Origin: Actinomycetota bacterium | GTDB taxonomy: Bacteria; Actinomycetota; Acidimicrobiia; Acidimicrobiales; Ilumatobacteraceae | NCBI GenBank assembly: GCA_037139095.1 | Contig: JBAXHD010000008.1 | Span: forward strand, 16,781-80,780 | Length of the DNA: 64,000 nt | Direction of reading: 5' to 3' | Part shown: positions 37,146-48,028 of the stretch, in pieces | How the letters are laid out: the number at the start of each line of letters is the position of its first letter | How positions within the stretch are numbered: the stretch's first letter is position 1 | The notes under the pieces: generated by a model | Told to the model about the DNA's origin: nothing | What the model saw: the letters and a program-made list of their open reading frames with translations, nothing else | Databases searched by the model: none | Translations under genes and position numbers: made by a program

Positions 37146-37522
37146 TATTTCTCTGACTTGTCGTCGGCCGCTGAATCGTCAGCTGCAGTTTTGGATCCGC
37201 CCGCAGAGCCGGCCGACGTGTCGACCTTCTTCTGGATGGCGGCCTTGGCAATGCGAATCTGAACGGTGTCATCGATTTCGATCCACACGATGTCGCCATC
37301 GAAACCGGTGATGAAGCCATAGATGCCCGAGGTCGTGATGATCTCGTCGCCCTCTGAAAGACTCGACTGCATCGTCGTTTGCTCCTTCATGCGACGCCGC
37401 TGCGGCCGAATGAGCAAGAAGTACATGCCAACCATCATCAGCGGCAAGATGAGCAGGCTCAGTGGGCTGCCGCCGGATTTAGTGGCTTCAAGAAGTAACG
37501 GATTAGGCATCAGAACATCCAA
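37145..37522 (-). CDS. yajC: Preprotein translocase subunit YajC
   Basis: 125 aa. Single TM followed by the YajC signature LIRPQRRRMKEQ. TAATG 1-nt overlap with secD. Confidence 0.85.
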   Translation of the reverse strand: MDVLMPNPLLLEATKSGGSPLSLLILPLMMVGMYFLLIRPQRRRMKEQTTMQSSLSEGDEIITTSGIYGFITGFDGDIVWIEIDDTVQIRIAKAAIQKKVDTSAGSAGGSKTAADDSAADDKSEK

Positions 37523-37632
37523 AATGACTGTTGCGCGGCAGGGGGCCGAGCCGACGGCAAAGCATAGTCACACTGATGCGCAAGTTCAGTGGATGCCTCG
37601 CCCTGAAAGTTGTTAAGGATTCTTGAGCTTTG

Positions 37633-38730
37633 TCAGCCCCAGACTGCAACAACGTGGCGTCTGAGCGACTCGAACGTGCCCGCCTCGATTGCTGAGCGCA
37701 TGTCGCGCATCAGCTGCAAGGTCCATGCAATGTTGTGCATGCTCACAAGCCGTGGGCCGGTTGGCTCACCCACCTGAAACAGGTGGCGGATGTAGCCGAT
37801 CGAGTGGCGTTGACACACTTCGCACGAGCAGCTTGTATCGATCGGCTGGTCCGAAGTGATGTGCTTGGCGTTCTTCACATGCACTTTGCCGGTGCTGGTC
37901 AGCGCCGTGCCGTGGCGACCAATACGCGTCTGCATCACGCAATCAAACTGATCAACTCCCAAAGCGACTGCCTCGATCAGCGAGGCAGGGTCGCCCACAC
38001 CCATCAGGTACCGCGGCCGGTCAGCGGGAAGGTGTTCGATGGCGGCAGCCAGTGCCGGAAGCATTTCGGCTCTGGTTTCGCCAACGCTGAGTCCGCCGAT
38101 GCCATATCCATCGAAGCCAAGTTCGACCGTGCGTTGCGCCGACTCGGCGCGCAGCGTTTCGTCGAGTCCGCCTTGAACGATTCCGAACAGGGCCTGGTCG
38201 GGTCGCTTGTGTGCAGCATGAGCTCGTGCCGCCCATGCGCTCGTGCGGTCGAGCGCAAGGCGGATCACATCGGGAGGAGATGGCAACGGGGCGCACACAT
38301 CGAGCACCATTTGGATGTCTGCGCCGAGCAACTCTTGGGTGGCCACTGCCGACTCGGGTGTGAACCGATGCATCGACCCGTCGTAGGTGCTGCGAAATGT
38401 GGCGCCGTCGTCGTCGACCTTTGGCTCGAGCGAGAAGATCTGAAATCCGCCTGAGTCGGTCAACGTGAGGCCGCCCCATCCGGCGAAGCGGCCGAGTCCG
38501 CCAAGGGCCGCCACTGTCTCAGCACCAGGGCGCAGCATGAGGTGGTAGGTATTGCCCAAAACGATCTCGGCACCGATCCGTTCGTAGTCGGCAGCCGACA
38601 GGTACTTGATCGCGCCGCGGGTGCCCACCGGCATGAAACACGGCGTGTTGTATTGGCCGCGCGCCGTATGACCAATGCCGGCGCGGGCGCTGCCATCGGT
38701 GGCGAGAAGTTCGAACCGAACTGGGTGCAT
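37633..38730 (-). CDS. tgt: tRNA-guanine transglycosylase (queuine tRNA-ribosyltransferase)
   Basis: 365 aa. Contains TPCFMPVGT, LTDSGGFQ, GLSVGE and the zinc site CSCEVC...H. Confidence 0.95.
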   Translation of the reverse strand: MHPVRFELLATDGSARAGIGHTARGQYNTPCFMPVGTRGAIKYLSAADYERIGAEIVLGNTYHLMLRPGAETVAALGGLGRFAGWGGLTLTDSGGFQIFSLEPKVDDDGATFRSTYDGSMHRFTPESAVATQELLGADIQMVLDVCAPLPSPPDVIRLALDRTSAWAARAHAAHKRPDQALFGIVQGGLDETLRAESAQRTVELGFDGYGIGGLSVGETRAEMLPALAAAIEHLPADRPRYLMGVGDPASLIEAVALGVDQFDCVMQTRIGRHGTALTSTGKVHVKNAKHITSDQPIDTSCSCEVCQRHSIGYIRHLFQVGEPTGPRLVSMHNIAWTLQLMRDMRSAIEAGTFESLRRHVVAVWG

Positions 38731-39749
38731 TACAGGCTCCTGTCGAGCAGCATCGCGTCGCCGAATGACAAGAATCGATAGTCGTTGGCGAGCGCAGATT
38801 CATAGAGCGAACGCCAGCGCGGGCCAACGAACGCATCGATCATCATCAGCAAGGTGGTCTTGGGCAGATGAAAGTTGGTCATCAGTACGTCGACCAGCTT
38901 CCACTCGTAGCCGCGGTGGATGAACAAACGGGTTCGGCCTTCGAGTTCGCCAAACGTGGCGGCCGACTCAAGCGCTCGCGTGGCGGTGGTGCCCACCGCA
39001 ACCACCCGTTTGGCGGATCGGCACTGTTCGAGTACCTCGGCGCTGACGCGGTAACGCTCGCTGTGAATGCGATGCTCGAGTGGGTTATCGACGCTCATTG
39101 GTTGAAAGGTGTCGAGACCAACCACGAGTTCGACGCGAGCTATCTGAACTCCGATTGCTTGCAGCGCTTCGAGCACTGCTGGCGTGAAGTGCAAGCCAGC
39201 GGTGGGCGCTGCGGCGGATCCGGGTTCGTTGGAATAGACGGTCTGGTATCGCTCGCTCTCGCCGAGACGCGTCGTGATGTACGGCGGCAATGGCATCTCG
39301 CCATAGGCAGCAAGCAGCTCGAGCACATCGCCATCACCGAGCAAGGTGACCTCGAACGTGTCGCCGGCCGCAGTGCGCGGACCGATCTCGACTACAGCTG
39401 AGTTGTCGCTTGCAACCAACTGCTCGCCCACCTTGAGCTTTTTGCCCGGTCGAACCAGTGCCTCCCACACCCGACGATCGCTGCCGGAGCCAGCCACGGG
39501 CTCGAGCAGCAGCACCTCGGCCGCTCCCCCGGTGTGTCGATGCAACGAAAGCCGTGCCGGAATCACTCGTGAGTCGTTGACCACCAGCAGATCGCCCGGA
39601 CGAAGCATCTGGTGCAGATCGCTGACGTGCAGGTGCAGCGGCGCCGAGGCTCCCTGATCGACGAGCAGCTTGGCGCTGTCGCGTGGCTCAATGGGTGTTT
39701 GCGCGATGCGATCGGTAGGGAGCTCGTAATCGAAATCAACCAAACGCAC
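38730..39749 (-). CDS. queA: S-adenosylmethionine:tRNA ribosyltransferase-isomerase
   Basis: Start taken at GTG 39749 (VRLVDFDYELP) within ORF 38730..39872. Contains TAGLHFT, GTT..RALE and NFHLPKTTLLMM. 1-nt overlap with tgt. Confidence 0.92.
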   Translation of the reverse strand: MRLVDFDYELPTDRIAQTPIEPRDSAKLLVDQGASAPLHLHVSDLHQMLRPGDLLVVNDSRVIPARLSLHRHTGGAAEVLLLEPVAGSGSDRRVWEALVRPGKKLKVGEQLVASDNSAVVEIGPRTAAGDTFEVTLLGDGDVLELLAAYGEMPLPPYITTRLGESERYQTVYSNEPGSAAAPTAGLHFTPAVLEALQAIGVQIARVELVVGLDTFQPMSVDNPLEHRIHSERYRVSAEVLEQCRSAKRVVAVGTTATRALESAATFGELEGRTRLFIHRGYEWKLVDVLMTNFHLPKTTLLMMIDAFVGPRWRSLYESALANDYRFLSFGDAMLLDRSL

Positions 39750-39783
39750 GAACGTTGAGGCTACGGCCGACAAACGGGTTGCG

Positions 39784-40815
39784 CTAGCTGAAAAGGTTGG
39801 GGCGTGCTTCGCTCGGAGCTGGCATCTCGAGCCCGAGGTGTTGCCACGCAATGGGCATCGCAACTCGGCCACGTGGGGTGCGCGCCAGCAGGCCCTGCTG
39901 GATCAAGAACGGCTCGTACACATCTTCGACCGTCTCGGTTTGCTCGCCGACGCTGATGGCCACGGTTGACAGACCCACGGGCCCGCCCCCGAACTGCACA
40001 CAAATGGCGGTGAGAATGGCACGGTCTACTTTGTCGAGACCGCGCTGATCCACGCCGAACACAGCGAGACCGTCACGAGCGGTGTCTTGATCGATGGATC
40101 CGTCGCCGCGTACTTCGGCGTAGTCGCGTACCCGTCGGAGTAACCGATTGGCTATGCGCGGGGTGCCGCGACTGCGGCGCGCAATTTCCCATGCTCCTTG
40201 CTCGGTGATGCTGACACCCACGATGCTGGCGGTGCGACGCACGATCGATTCGAGTTCATCGTCGTGATAAAAGTCGAGCCGAGCCACGAGACCAAAACGA
40301 TCGCGCAGCGGGCCGGTGATCATGCCCGTACGTGTGGTTGCCCCGACGAGCGTGAACGGGGGCAAGGGCAGCCTGATCGACGATGCCGCGGGGCCTTTGC
40401 CCACCACTATGTCGAGCTGGAAATCTTCCATCGCCGGATACAAAATCTCTTCGACAGCGCGAGAGAGCCGATGGATCTCATCGATGAACAACACGTCGCC
40501 CTCACCGAGTTTGGTGAGAATGGCAGCGAGGTCGCCTGCCCGCTCGAGCGTGGGGCCCGAAGTGATGTGTAGGTGCACGCCCATTTCGGCGGCAACGATG
40601 CCAGCCATTGTTGTCTTGCCGAGTCCGGGAGGGCCGGCGAGCAGGAGATGGTCGATGGGTTGGTTGCGTCGTCGAGCAGCCTCAATGACGATCGCGAGAT
40701 GCTCTTTGAGTTCGCGCTGGCCAACGAAGTCGCTGAGCCGGCGAGGGCGAAGACCAATCTCGTCGCTCTCCTCGATCTCGTTGTTGACCCCTGGGTCGAG
40801 GAATTCCTCACGCAC
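39784..40815 (-). CDS. ruvB: Holliday junction branch migration DNA helicase RuvB
   Basis: 343 aa. Contains [21 protein letters not shown] and LFIDEIHRL. Confidence 0.97.
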   Translation of the reverse strand: MREEFLDPGVNNEIEESDEIGLRPRRLSDFVGQRELKEHLAIVIEAARRRNQPIDHLLLAGPPGLGKTTMAGIVAAEMGVHLHITSGPTLERAGDLAAILTKLGEGDVLFIDEIHRLSRAVEEILYPAMEDFQLDIVVGKGPAASSIRLPLPPFTLVGATTRTGMITGPLRDRFGLVARLDFYHDDELESIVRRTASIVGVSITEQGAWEIARRSRGTPRIANRLLRRVRDYAEVRGDGSIDQDTARDGLAVFGVDQRGLDKVDRAILTAICVQFGGGPVGLSTVAISVGEQTETVEDVYEPFLIQQGLLARTPRGRVAMPIAWQHLGLEMPAPSEARPNLFS

Positions 40816-41404
40816 GTTTGGCCCCTAACAACTGCAACGCATCGCGCAGAAGAGTAGACGCATTGTCGCCCGCCGAAATCTCGCGCAGCGCGTCGCGTAC
40901 TTCTTCTGGTGCGTAGCCCAGGCCATACAGCGCCTCGCGCACATCACCAAGCACCGAGTTGCCCGTTGCACCGCCGCCCATCGAGATGGGATCGAGCATG
41001 GGGATGTTCAGGCGATTCTTGAGTTCGATGAGCAGACGTTCGGCGGTCTTTTTGCCCACACCTGGCACCATGCACAGCGACGCATTGTCGGCGCTGGCAA
41101 CGATGTCGATAAGCGCTGACGGCGTGTGCGTACCCAAGATGGCCATCGCCATCGAGGGGCCAACGCCGTGAGTGCCGATGAGCACCTGAAATGTGGCTCG
41201 CTCTTCGCGCCGCAAGAAACCAAACAGCGTCTGAGCGTCTTCGCGGATGTGGTGATGCACATAGACAAACACGTTGGCGCCGGGCTCGAGTTCGGCCAAG
41301 GTGCGCGGCGTTACGGTGACGAAATAACCGACACCGCCAACCTCGAGCAGCACTTCGCTATCGGCGCCGCGTTCGAGCACAGCGCCACGCAGTGAGCCGA
41401 TCAT
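40808..41404 (-). CDS. ruvA: Holliday junction DNA-binding protein RuvA
   Basis: 198 aa. MIGSLRG start, with HhH motifs (GVGPSMA and [12 protein letters not shown]). Confidence 0.93.
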   Translation of the reverse strand: MIGSLRGAVLERGADSEVLLEVGGVGYFVTVTPRTLAELEPGANVFVYVHHHIREDAQTLFGFLRREERATFQVLIGTHGVGPSMAMAILGTHTPSALIDIVASADNASLCMVPGVGKKTAERLLIELKNRLNIPMLDPISMGGGATGNSVLGDVREALYGLGYAPEEVRDALREISAGDNASTLLRDALQLLGAKRA

Positions 41405-41934
41405 CGTGAGCCTGCCGTTGCCTCACGCACACGCTGACGCAACGGCGCCATCGCGAGATGACATAGCGCCAAGGCCGCAGCGTCGGCAGCGTCGGCGGGT
41501 TTCGGAACGGCCGTGAGGCCAAGTCGGGCTTGCACCATCTTTTGTACCTGGGCTTTATCGGCGGCGCCCCAGCCGGCAACGGCGCCCTTCACTTGGTTCG
41601 GCGTGTATTGCACAACCTCGCAGCCACACAGCCACGCCTCGGCGAGGGCAAGCCCACTGGCTTGGGCGACGCTCATTGCGGTGCGTACGTTGTTCTGAAA
41701 GAACACTTGCTCAACGGCAACAACGTGCGGTCGAAACTCAAGCAGCAGCGCAGCAAACTCTTCGCGAAGCTCTCCCAAGCGCTTGGGCAGTGGATCGCCT
41801 GGAGCGGTCTTGATCACGCCCAGACTCAGTGCGATTGCCGCGCCGGGGCCACTGGCTTGTACGGCTGCGTATCCGCATCGGGTGAGACCCGGGTCTATCC
41901 CGAGCACAACAAGAGGCTCGTCGAGGGAGCGCAT
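41401..41934 (-). CDS. ruvC: Crossover junction endodeoxyribonuclease RuvC
   Basis: Start at Met48 (or Met45, 41943) of ORF 41401..42075. Contains VLGIDPGLTRCGY. ATGA overlap with ruvA. Confidence 0.9.
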   Translation of the reverse strand: MRSLDEPLVVLGIDPGLTRCGYAAVQASGPGAAIALSLGVIKTAPGDPLPKRLGELREEFAALLLEFRPHVVAVEQVFFQNNVRTAMSVAQASGLALAEAWLCGCEVVQYTPNQVKGAVAGWGAADKAQVQKMVQARLGLTAVPKPADAADAAALALCHLAMAPLRQRVREATAGSR

Positions 41935-42057
41935 CACGAACATAGGTTCGTATGGTACCAAACAGGTCTTGAGGCACCGCGGATGAGCCACGCTGAAGCG
42001 GGCGCTTCGCGGAGCGCAGTCCTCTTGAGTCGCCGATGTGTGTGTCATAGTCGGTGC

Positions 42058-44076
42058 ATGCGTCACTCTGTTCAAGCTCTGTGTATTACTGCCACGCTGC
42101 TCTTCAGCGCCTGTGCGAGCAGTAGCAACAGTTCGTCTACGTCGCTTTCTGCAGTGCCAGCGGCAAGCGGGCCCGCAGACAGTTTGGTGCCCACGGCTAT
42201 TGCAGATGCCGCACCGCTGCCGTGCGACCCCATCGATCCGAGCGCTTGCTTGCTTCCATGGCCTAACGACGCATTCACGAAAGCAGACCCCGCGTCTGGC
42301 ACCGGTCGGCGCCTCGCCATTGCCCCAAGCGCACCACCGTCAAACGTTGGCGACAAAGTCATCGATGTCACCGACCAGAATCGAAGCGACGGATTCTCGC
42401 CTGGCTCAGCGATGCTCGTGCGGGTGCCTCAACTTGATCTGGCGGCATCGGGAGTCGCCTCCAGCACCTTTATTGCAAAGTCGCTCGAAGCTGACGCCCC
42501 GATCGTGTTGCTCGATGCCACCACCAAGCAGCGCTGGCCGTACTGGGCAGAACTCGACGCCCATGCAGTGCACGACGATCAGCGGCTGCTGATGATCCAT
42601 CCTGCAAGTTCGCTTCTCGAAGGGCATCGCTATGTGGTCGCGCTCCAGCATCTGAAATCGGCCACTGGGCCGATCGCTTCGCCCAGCTCGTTCACCGATG
42701 CGCTCGCCAGTACAGCCACGCCCGATCGCGCAGCCCACCTTCATGGTGTCGTTGCTGAAGCGACTGCTGCTGGCGTTGACCCCGCAACGCTGTACATGGC
42801 GTGGGACTTCACGGTTGCAAGCGCACAAAGCTTGTCGGCGCGTTTGCTGCACATGCGCAGCGATGCCTACGCCTCGGTGGGCTCAACTGCACCGGTGTTC
42901 ACCGTTGACTCGAGCGTCGACGAGGGAGCCGTGCGCACGATTCGCGGCACGTATTTGATTCCGAACTACCTCACGGGCACTGGCGCACCCGGGTCTTCGT
43001 TCGAGCTCGGCTCCGATGGCTTACCCGCGCGCAACGTGGCCAATCCCGATTTCAGCGCGCCGTTCCTGTGCCTGGTGCCAGTGGCGCCATCAGCGCCTAC
43101 TCCTGTTGTGGTCTACGGCCACGGCTTGTTGGGTTCGCGCGAAGAGATCAACGGCCTCCGCGCTGTGGTCGAGCAGGGCTCGCTGTCATTGTGCGGCAGC
43201 GACTGGATCGGTATGTCGAGTGAGGACATCGGCAACCTGGCCGGAATCCTCGGCGATATGAGCAACTTCAAGCAACTGGCCGATCGCTTGCAGCAGGGGC
43301 TACTCAACATGCAATTCCTTGGACGTGCCATCAACGCCGCCGACGGATTCGCGTCGAATGCCAGCTTCCAAACAGCTACACACGCACCGCTGATTGCGCC
43401 CGGCAAGACAACGCTGCTCGGCAACAGCCAAGGCGGCATTCTTGGTGGAGCTGCTTCGGCGATCTCTACCGAGTGGACCAATGTGGTGCTTGGCGTGCCC
43501 GGCATTAACTACTCGCTGTTGCTGCCACGATCATCCGACTGGCCCGAATTCGAATCGGTCTTCAACGCTGCATACACCGGCGATATCGATCGAGTCATCG
43601 CGCTTCAACTCATCCAGCTGTTGTGGGATCGCGGCGAGAACAATGGATACGCGCAGCACCTCACCCAGGACCCCTATACAGGTATCTCAGCAAAGAAAGT
43701 TCTGATGATCGAAGCCTTTGGTGATCATCAGGTCTCAAACGTGTCCACCGAAGTGCTGGCCCGCACCATTCATGCCGGGGTCCACTCCCCTGCGCTGCGT
43801 CCATCGCGAAGCCCCGATGTGAATCCGTATTTCGGTATTGATGCAATCACCGACAAGAACGTCGACCGGTCGATCGTTGTGCAATGGGACTACGGCAATC
43901 CGGCGCCACCAACAGTGAATCTGCCTCCGACTGATCCAGCCTTTGGTGAGGACCCCCACGGCAAAGGATCGAGTGAAGCGCGAGTGATTCACTTGGCGCT
44001 TGGGTTCCTAACAACGGGCAAGATCTCGATCCCGTGCGACGGGCCGTGCGTGAGCGACAGCGTGGCGGGCGGCTAG
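42058..44076 (+). CDS. Secreted lipoprotein, alpha/beta-hydrolase fold (putative lipase/esterase)
   Basis: Real start at ATG 42058 inside the 848-aa ORF. Lipobox LLFSAC, oxyanion-like YGHGLLGS, nucleophile elbow GNSQGG and a candidate catalytic His in FGDHQV. 672 aa. Confidence 0.75.
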   Translation: MRHSVQALCITATLLFSACASSSNSSSTSLSAVPAASGPADSLVPTAIADAAPLPCDPIDPSACLLPWPNDAFTKADPASGTGRRLAIAPSAPPSNVGDKVIDVTDQNRSDGFSPGSAMLVRVPQLDLAASGVASSTFIAKSLEADAPIVLLDATTKQRWPYWAELDAHAVHDDQRLLMIHPASSLLEGHRYVVALQHLKSATGPIASPSSFTDALASTATPDRAAHLHGVVAEATAAGVDPATLYMAWDFTVASAQSLSARLLHMRSDAYASVGSTAPVFTVDSSVDEGAVRTIRGTYLIPNYLTGTGAPGSSFELGSDGLPARNVANPDFSAPFLCLVPVAPSAPTPVVVYGHGLLGSREEINGLRAVVEQGSLSLCGSDWIGMSSEDIGNLAGILGDMSNFKQLADRLQQGLLNMQFLGRAINAADGFASNASFQTATHAPLIAPGKTTLLGNSQGGILGGAASAISTEWTNVVLGVPGINYSLLLPRSSDWPEFESVFNAAYTGDIDRVIALQLIQLLWDRGENNGYAQHLTQDPYTGISAKKVLMIEAFGDHQVSNVSTEVLARTIHAGVHSPALRPSRSPDVNPYFGIDAITDKNVDRSIVVQWDYGNPAPPTVNLPPTDPAFGEDPHGKGSSEARVIHLALGFLTTGKISIPCDGPCVSDSVAGG

Positions 44077-44093
44077 CGATTGCGAGTGATGCG

Positions 44094-44549
44094 TTATGCC
44101 TGTGCAGCTCGCACGGCATCGACCAGTTCATCCACCGGCCGGTAGGTAAGGCCAGCAATGGCTCGATGCACATATCGCACGACACCGTTTGCATCGACAA
44201 CGAACACGCTGCGACGAGGGAAGCCAAGTGGACCCAACGTGCCATAGGACGACGCAACTGCCTTGTCGGGATCGGCCAACAAGGGGAACTTGAATCCGTG
44301 CTTGCTGCTGAACTTGTCGTGACTGCTCACGCTCTGCGCTGAGATAGCCAAGACCTGTGCGCCAACCTCGGAGAACTCGTCGAGATCGTCGTTATAGGTA
44401 TTGAGTTGCTTGGTACACACCGGCGCGTCGTCGCCCGGATAGAACACAAGCACCACCGCTTGTCCGCGGTACGACGCCAATGAATAGGTTTCGCCGCCGG
44501 TACCGCTCAGGGTGAAGTCGGGTGCCTTGTCACCAATGCCAATGCTCAT
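44094..44549 (-). CDS. bcp: Peroxiredoxin, Bcp/AhpC-TSA family
   Basis: 151 aa. Peroxidatic Cys in [10 protein letters not shown]. 4-nt overlap with yebC. Confidence 0.88.
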   Translation of the reverse strand: MSIGIGDKAPDFTLSGTGGETYSLASYRGQAVVLVFYPGDDAPVCTKQLNTYNDDLDEFSEVGAQVLAISAQSVSSHDKFSSKHGFKFPLLADPDKAVASSYGTLGPLGFPRRSVFVVDANGVVRYVHRAIAGLTYRPVDELVDAVRAAQA

Positions 44550-45295
44550 GTGCTGACGGCCTCCATCAGTTCATCGGAGATATCGAAGTTGCTATAGACA
44601 TCTTGGACATCGTCGTTGTCTTCGAACGCATCCATGATGCGCAGAATATTACGCGCGTCGCCAGCATCGGTGACCTCGATGGTGATTGACGAGACCATGG
44701 TGCTTTCAGCCGAACGAACCACAAGGCCCGCCGCCTCAAGCGCAGCCTGCAGGTCATACACGTGGCTCGGCGTGCAAGTGATGCGCCAGTCGTCGCCGTC
44801 GCGGGCTACGTCGTCGGCCCCAGCATCGAGTGCCGCCATCATTACGTCGTCTTCGCCGACAGCGCCATCGACAATGATCACGCCCTTGCGGCTGAACTGC
44901 CAGCCAACTGCGCCGGGCTCGGCCAAACTGCCGCCGAGCTTGTTGAAAATGTTGCGAACATCAGAGCCGGTGCGGTTGCGGTTATCGGTGAGCGTGTCGA
45001 CCAAGATCGCCACGCCGCCAGGCGCGTAGCCTTCGTACATGATGGCCTCGTAGGTGCCGCCGTCGTCGGCGCCAGTGCCGCGCTTTATTGCGCGATCAAT
45101 CGCGTCGTTGGTCATCTGTCCGGCCTTGGCCTTTTGGATGGCGGTACGCAGCGAAGCATTGCTGGCTGGGTCGCCACCGCCTTCGCGTGCCGCTACCTCG
45201 AGGATGCGCGCAATCTTGTTGAACAACTTGCCGCGAGCTTTGTCCTTGGCACCTTTTTGGTGCTTGATTGTCGCCCATTTTGAATGACCGGACAT
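44546..45295 (-). CDS. yebC: YebC/PmpR-family DNA-binding regulator
   Basis: 249 aa. Canonical N-terminus [25 protein letters not shown]. Confidence 0.93.
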   Translation of the reverse strand: MSGHSKWATIKHQKGAKDKARGKLFNKIARILEVAAREGGGDPASNASLRTAIQKAKAGQMTNDAIDRAIKRGTGADDGGTYEAIMYEGYAPGGVAILVDTLTDNRNRTGSDVRNIFNKLGGSLAEPGAVGWQFSRKGVIIVDGAVGEDDVMMAALDAGADDVARDGDDWRITCTPSHVYDLQAALEAAGLVVRSAESTMVSSITIEVTDAGDARNILRIMDAFEDNDDVQDVYSNFDISDELMEAVST

Positions 45296-45297
45296 GG

Positions 45298-45864
45298 TTA
45301 AACCTCCTGAAGGAACAACGAGTGGAGACGATAGTCGGCAGTGAGCTCAGGGTGAAACGAGGCCACAAACACTGAACCCTGGCGAGCCAGCACGGGGACG
45401 CCTGCGTGTGAGGCGATGACCTCGACACCGGGACCCACGCGCTCGACTTTTGGGGCCCGAATAAACACAGCGTGAAACGGTTCATCGAGCTTGGGTATGT
45501 CGATGTCGGCCTCGAAGCTGTCTACCTGACGGCCGTAGCCGTTGCGACGCACGGTGATGTCGATAGCGCCAAAGCTCACCTGATCGAGGCGACCATCGAG
45601 CACTTCGGTGGCCAGCAAGATCATGCCGGCGCAGGTGCCGAACACGGCGAGGCCGTCGGAGATGCGTTTGCTCAGCGGGTCGAACAGACCCGAGGTGGCG
45701 AGCAGCCGCGACATCGTGGTGCTTTCGCCGCCAGGCATGACCAACGCAGCGATGCCATCAAGATCGTCGGCGACGCGCACCTGACGACAACTGACTCCGC
45801 ACTCAGCGAGCGCCCGTTCGTGCGCGGCGAACGCGCCTTGCAATGCAAGAACGCCGACGAGCAC
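45298..45864 (-). CDS. pdxT: Pyridoxal 5'-phosphate synthase glutaminase subunit PdxT
   Basis: 188 aa. Contains VGVLALQGAF, FGTCAGMILL (catalytic Cys) and FHPEL. Confidence 0.93.
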   Translation of the reverse strand: MLVGVLALQGAFAAHERALAECGVSCRQVRVADDLDGIAALVMPGGESTTMSRLLATSGLFDPLSKRISDGLAVFGTCAGMILLATEVLDGRLDQVSFGAIDITVRRNGYGRQVDSFEADIDIPKLDEPFHAVFIRAPKVERVGPGVEVIASHAGVPVLARQGSVFVASFHPELTADYRLHSLFLQEV

Positions 45865-45924
45865 CAGGGGGCTCCGAACTAGATTGCTGCACTCGAACCG
45901 CTTTCGTGCCGTGAAGAACTGTGA

Positions 45925-46827
45925 CTACCAGCCGCGCTCAGCGAAGCGTTGGTTGATTTCGTCCATGCCGATACCGGTCATTGGGGCGCCGAGACCACGG
46001 CTCACCTTGGCAAGAATGCTTGCGTCGCGGAAATGAGTGGTGGCCTCAACAATGGCCTTGGCCCGCGGTGATGGATCATCGCTCTTGAAGATGCCCGAGC
46101 CCACGAACACCGCTTCAGCACCAAGCTGCATGGCCAATGCTGCGTCGGCCGGGGTTGCGATGCCACCTGCACAAAACATTGGCACGGGGAGCCAACCGGT
46201 CTCGGCTATCTCCTGAACGAGCGGCAGTGGGGCTTGCAGGCGCTTGGCCCACTCGAACAGTTCGGCCGAGTCGGCCTGGGTGATCTTCTTCATGTCGCCG
46301 ATGATCGAACGAAGGTGACGCACTGCCTCGACGATGTTGCCAGTGCCAGCCTCACCCTTTGAGCGAATCATGCAGGCGCCCTCAGAGATACGCCGCAATG
46401 CTTCGCCAAGGTTGGTGGCGCCGCACACGAAGGGCACGGTGAACTTGAACTTGTCGATGTGGTGGGTCTCATCGGCGGGGGTGAGCACTTCGCTCTCATC
46501 GATGAAGTCGACGCCGAGCGACTCGAGAATCTGCGCCTCGACAAAGTGGCCGATGCGCACCTTGGCCATCACGGGGATCGACACCATGGCCTGAATGCCT
46601 TCGATCATTTCGGGATCGCTCATGCGTGACACACCGCCATCGCGACGAATGTCGGCAGGCACTCGCTCGAGCGCCATCACTGCGCATGCGCCGGCGTCTT
46701 CGGCGATTCGTGCTTGCTCGGGGGTGACCACATCCATGATCACCCCGCCCTTCAACATCTCGGCGAGCCCGCGCTTGACGGGATAGGTACCGGTAGCGCG
46801 CGCCGTGGGGGAATCGGGTGAACTCAT
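45925..46827 (-). CDS. pdxS: Pyridoxal 5'-phosphate synthase lyase subunit PdxS
   Basis: 300 aa. Contains [32 protein letters not shown] and FVGSGIFKS. Confidence 0.97.
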   Translation of the reverse strand: MSSPDSPTARATGTYPVKRGLAEMLKGGVIMDVVTPEQARIAEDAGACAVMALERVPADIRRDGGVSRMSDPEMIEGIQAMVSIPVMAKVRIGHFVEAQILESLGVDFIDESEVLTPADETHHIDKFKFTVPFVCGATNLGEALRRISEGACMIRSKGEAGTGNIVEAVRHLRSIIGDMKKITQADSAELFEWAKRLQAPLPLVQEIAETGWLPVPMFCAGGIATPADAALAMQLGAEAVFVGSGIFKSDDPSPRAKAIVEATTHFRDASILAKVSRGLGAPMTGIGMDEINQRFAERGW

Positions 46828-46906
46828 TTGGCCATCGTACAGAACGAGGCCCCGAACTCGCCTACTCGTCGAGCCTCAAACAGCGCCAGAGCGACCAAGA
46901 TTTTGG

Positions 46907-48028
46907 CTACGGGAAAGGAACTGACTTCGGATCGGTGCCAGCTGGCACGATCGCAGCCGAGTCGACGCGCCCAAGTTCGACAAAGGTGCGTCCGGCCGTG
47001 AGGCCAACAGGCGCTCCCGCTGCGTCCTTGAGCGCGAACGGCTGAAGCCGGTCGGTGCGGCTCCACGTGGCTTTGACGACCTTGCCGTCAGAGAACACCA
47101 ACGCAGTGCCTTTGCCGAGGGTCTGTGCTTCGGGACTCTTGAGGTCGGCCGGGCTCGGCTTGTAGTCGACATACAGCACCACCACGTTGCTGGTGGAGAC
47201 CTGCGAGTTGTCGACAGCGTCACGGTGTACTTTGCCGTCGCTCGACCGAAGGAACAGCTTTGTCGCTGGATCCCAGACCCAGGCAACTTTGACGCCGTCC
47301 ATCGAAAGATTGAGGCCGTTCACAGCGTCGCCAGTCGATGCAGCGCCAGCGGCGCGATAGCTGAACTGGGCGGGCGGTGGGCCAGCGTCGGCGGGAGCAA
47401 ACGCAAACAGCGACGCAGTCTTTGAGTACAAGTTGTGCGGTGCTGGCCGGGCGTTAGAGCGGAAGTAAGCCGACCTGTGTTGCTGAGTGAGGGCACCGAC
47501 GTCGCGCAGATCGCTTGCTTCGATAGCAGATGTGACCCGAGCGTTACCGCCGCTCCATGCAAACAGTGGGTGGTTGAGCGAACCCAACATGGCTACGTCT
47601 TGGGTGCGACCTGATCTGATAGGACCCACGGGATCAGACGACCCGCTCTGGAACACCGCTGCGAACCGCGTGAGTTGCTCGACATTTTCTTCGAACACGA
47701 TGTCGGCCTCGTTCAGGCCACTTTGTGGACGAGCCAACGGATGGTTATCGATCTTGACAACAAGCGCTGGGCGAGCAACAGCGGCCGCGTCACTTGTAGC
47801 GAGGCCTGTCAGCGGGAACACCGGGCCTGCGTCGGCGGTGACGATAGGTGTGCCTTCTACTGGGACGGTAGCAACAACTGTGGTGGTGTCTGGAGCCGAT
47901 GATTGCGGGGCCGCAGATGATTCGGTGGTCTTCGACGAGCTTGAGCTACATGAGCTCAGAAGCAGGCCGATGCTCACGACAGCGGCGAAACCGCCTTGGC
48001 TCAAACGCTTGTGGGTACTTGTTCTCAT
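46907..48028 (-). CDS. DUF3048-family lipoprotein
   Basis: 373 aa. Lipobox LLLSSC and a Ser/Thr linker, followed by the block PLTG...ARPALVVKIDNHPLARPQSGLNEADIVFEENVE..LTRFAAVF that I recognise as DUF3048. Confidence 0.8.
   Translation of the reverse strand: MRTSTHKRLSQGGFAAVVSIGLLLSSCSSSSSKTTESSAAPQSSAPDTTTVVATVPVEGTPIVTADAGPVFPLTGLATSDAAAVARPALVVKIDNHPLARPQSGLNEADIVFEENVEQLTRFAAVFQSGSSDPVGPIRSGRTQDVAMLGSLNHPLFAWSGGNARVTSAIEASDLRDVGALTQQHRSAYFRSNARPAPHNLYSKTASLFAFAPADAGPPPAQFSYRAAGAASTGDAVNGLNLSMDGVKVAWVWDPATKLFLRSSDGKVHRDAVDNSQVSTSNVVVLYVDYKPSPADLKSPEAQTLGKGTALVFSDGKVVKATWSRTDRLQPFALKDAAGAPVGLTAGRTFVELGRVDSAAIVPAGTDPKSVPFP

Noticed and set aside
41530-42057. N-terminal 176 codons of the 848-aa ORF 41530..44076.
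   Set aside because: This part is antisense to ruvC and has no protein-like features. A clean lipoprotein signal (MRHSVQALCITATLLFSAC) starts at ATG 42058, so the gene is called from there.
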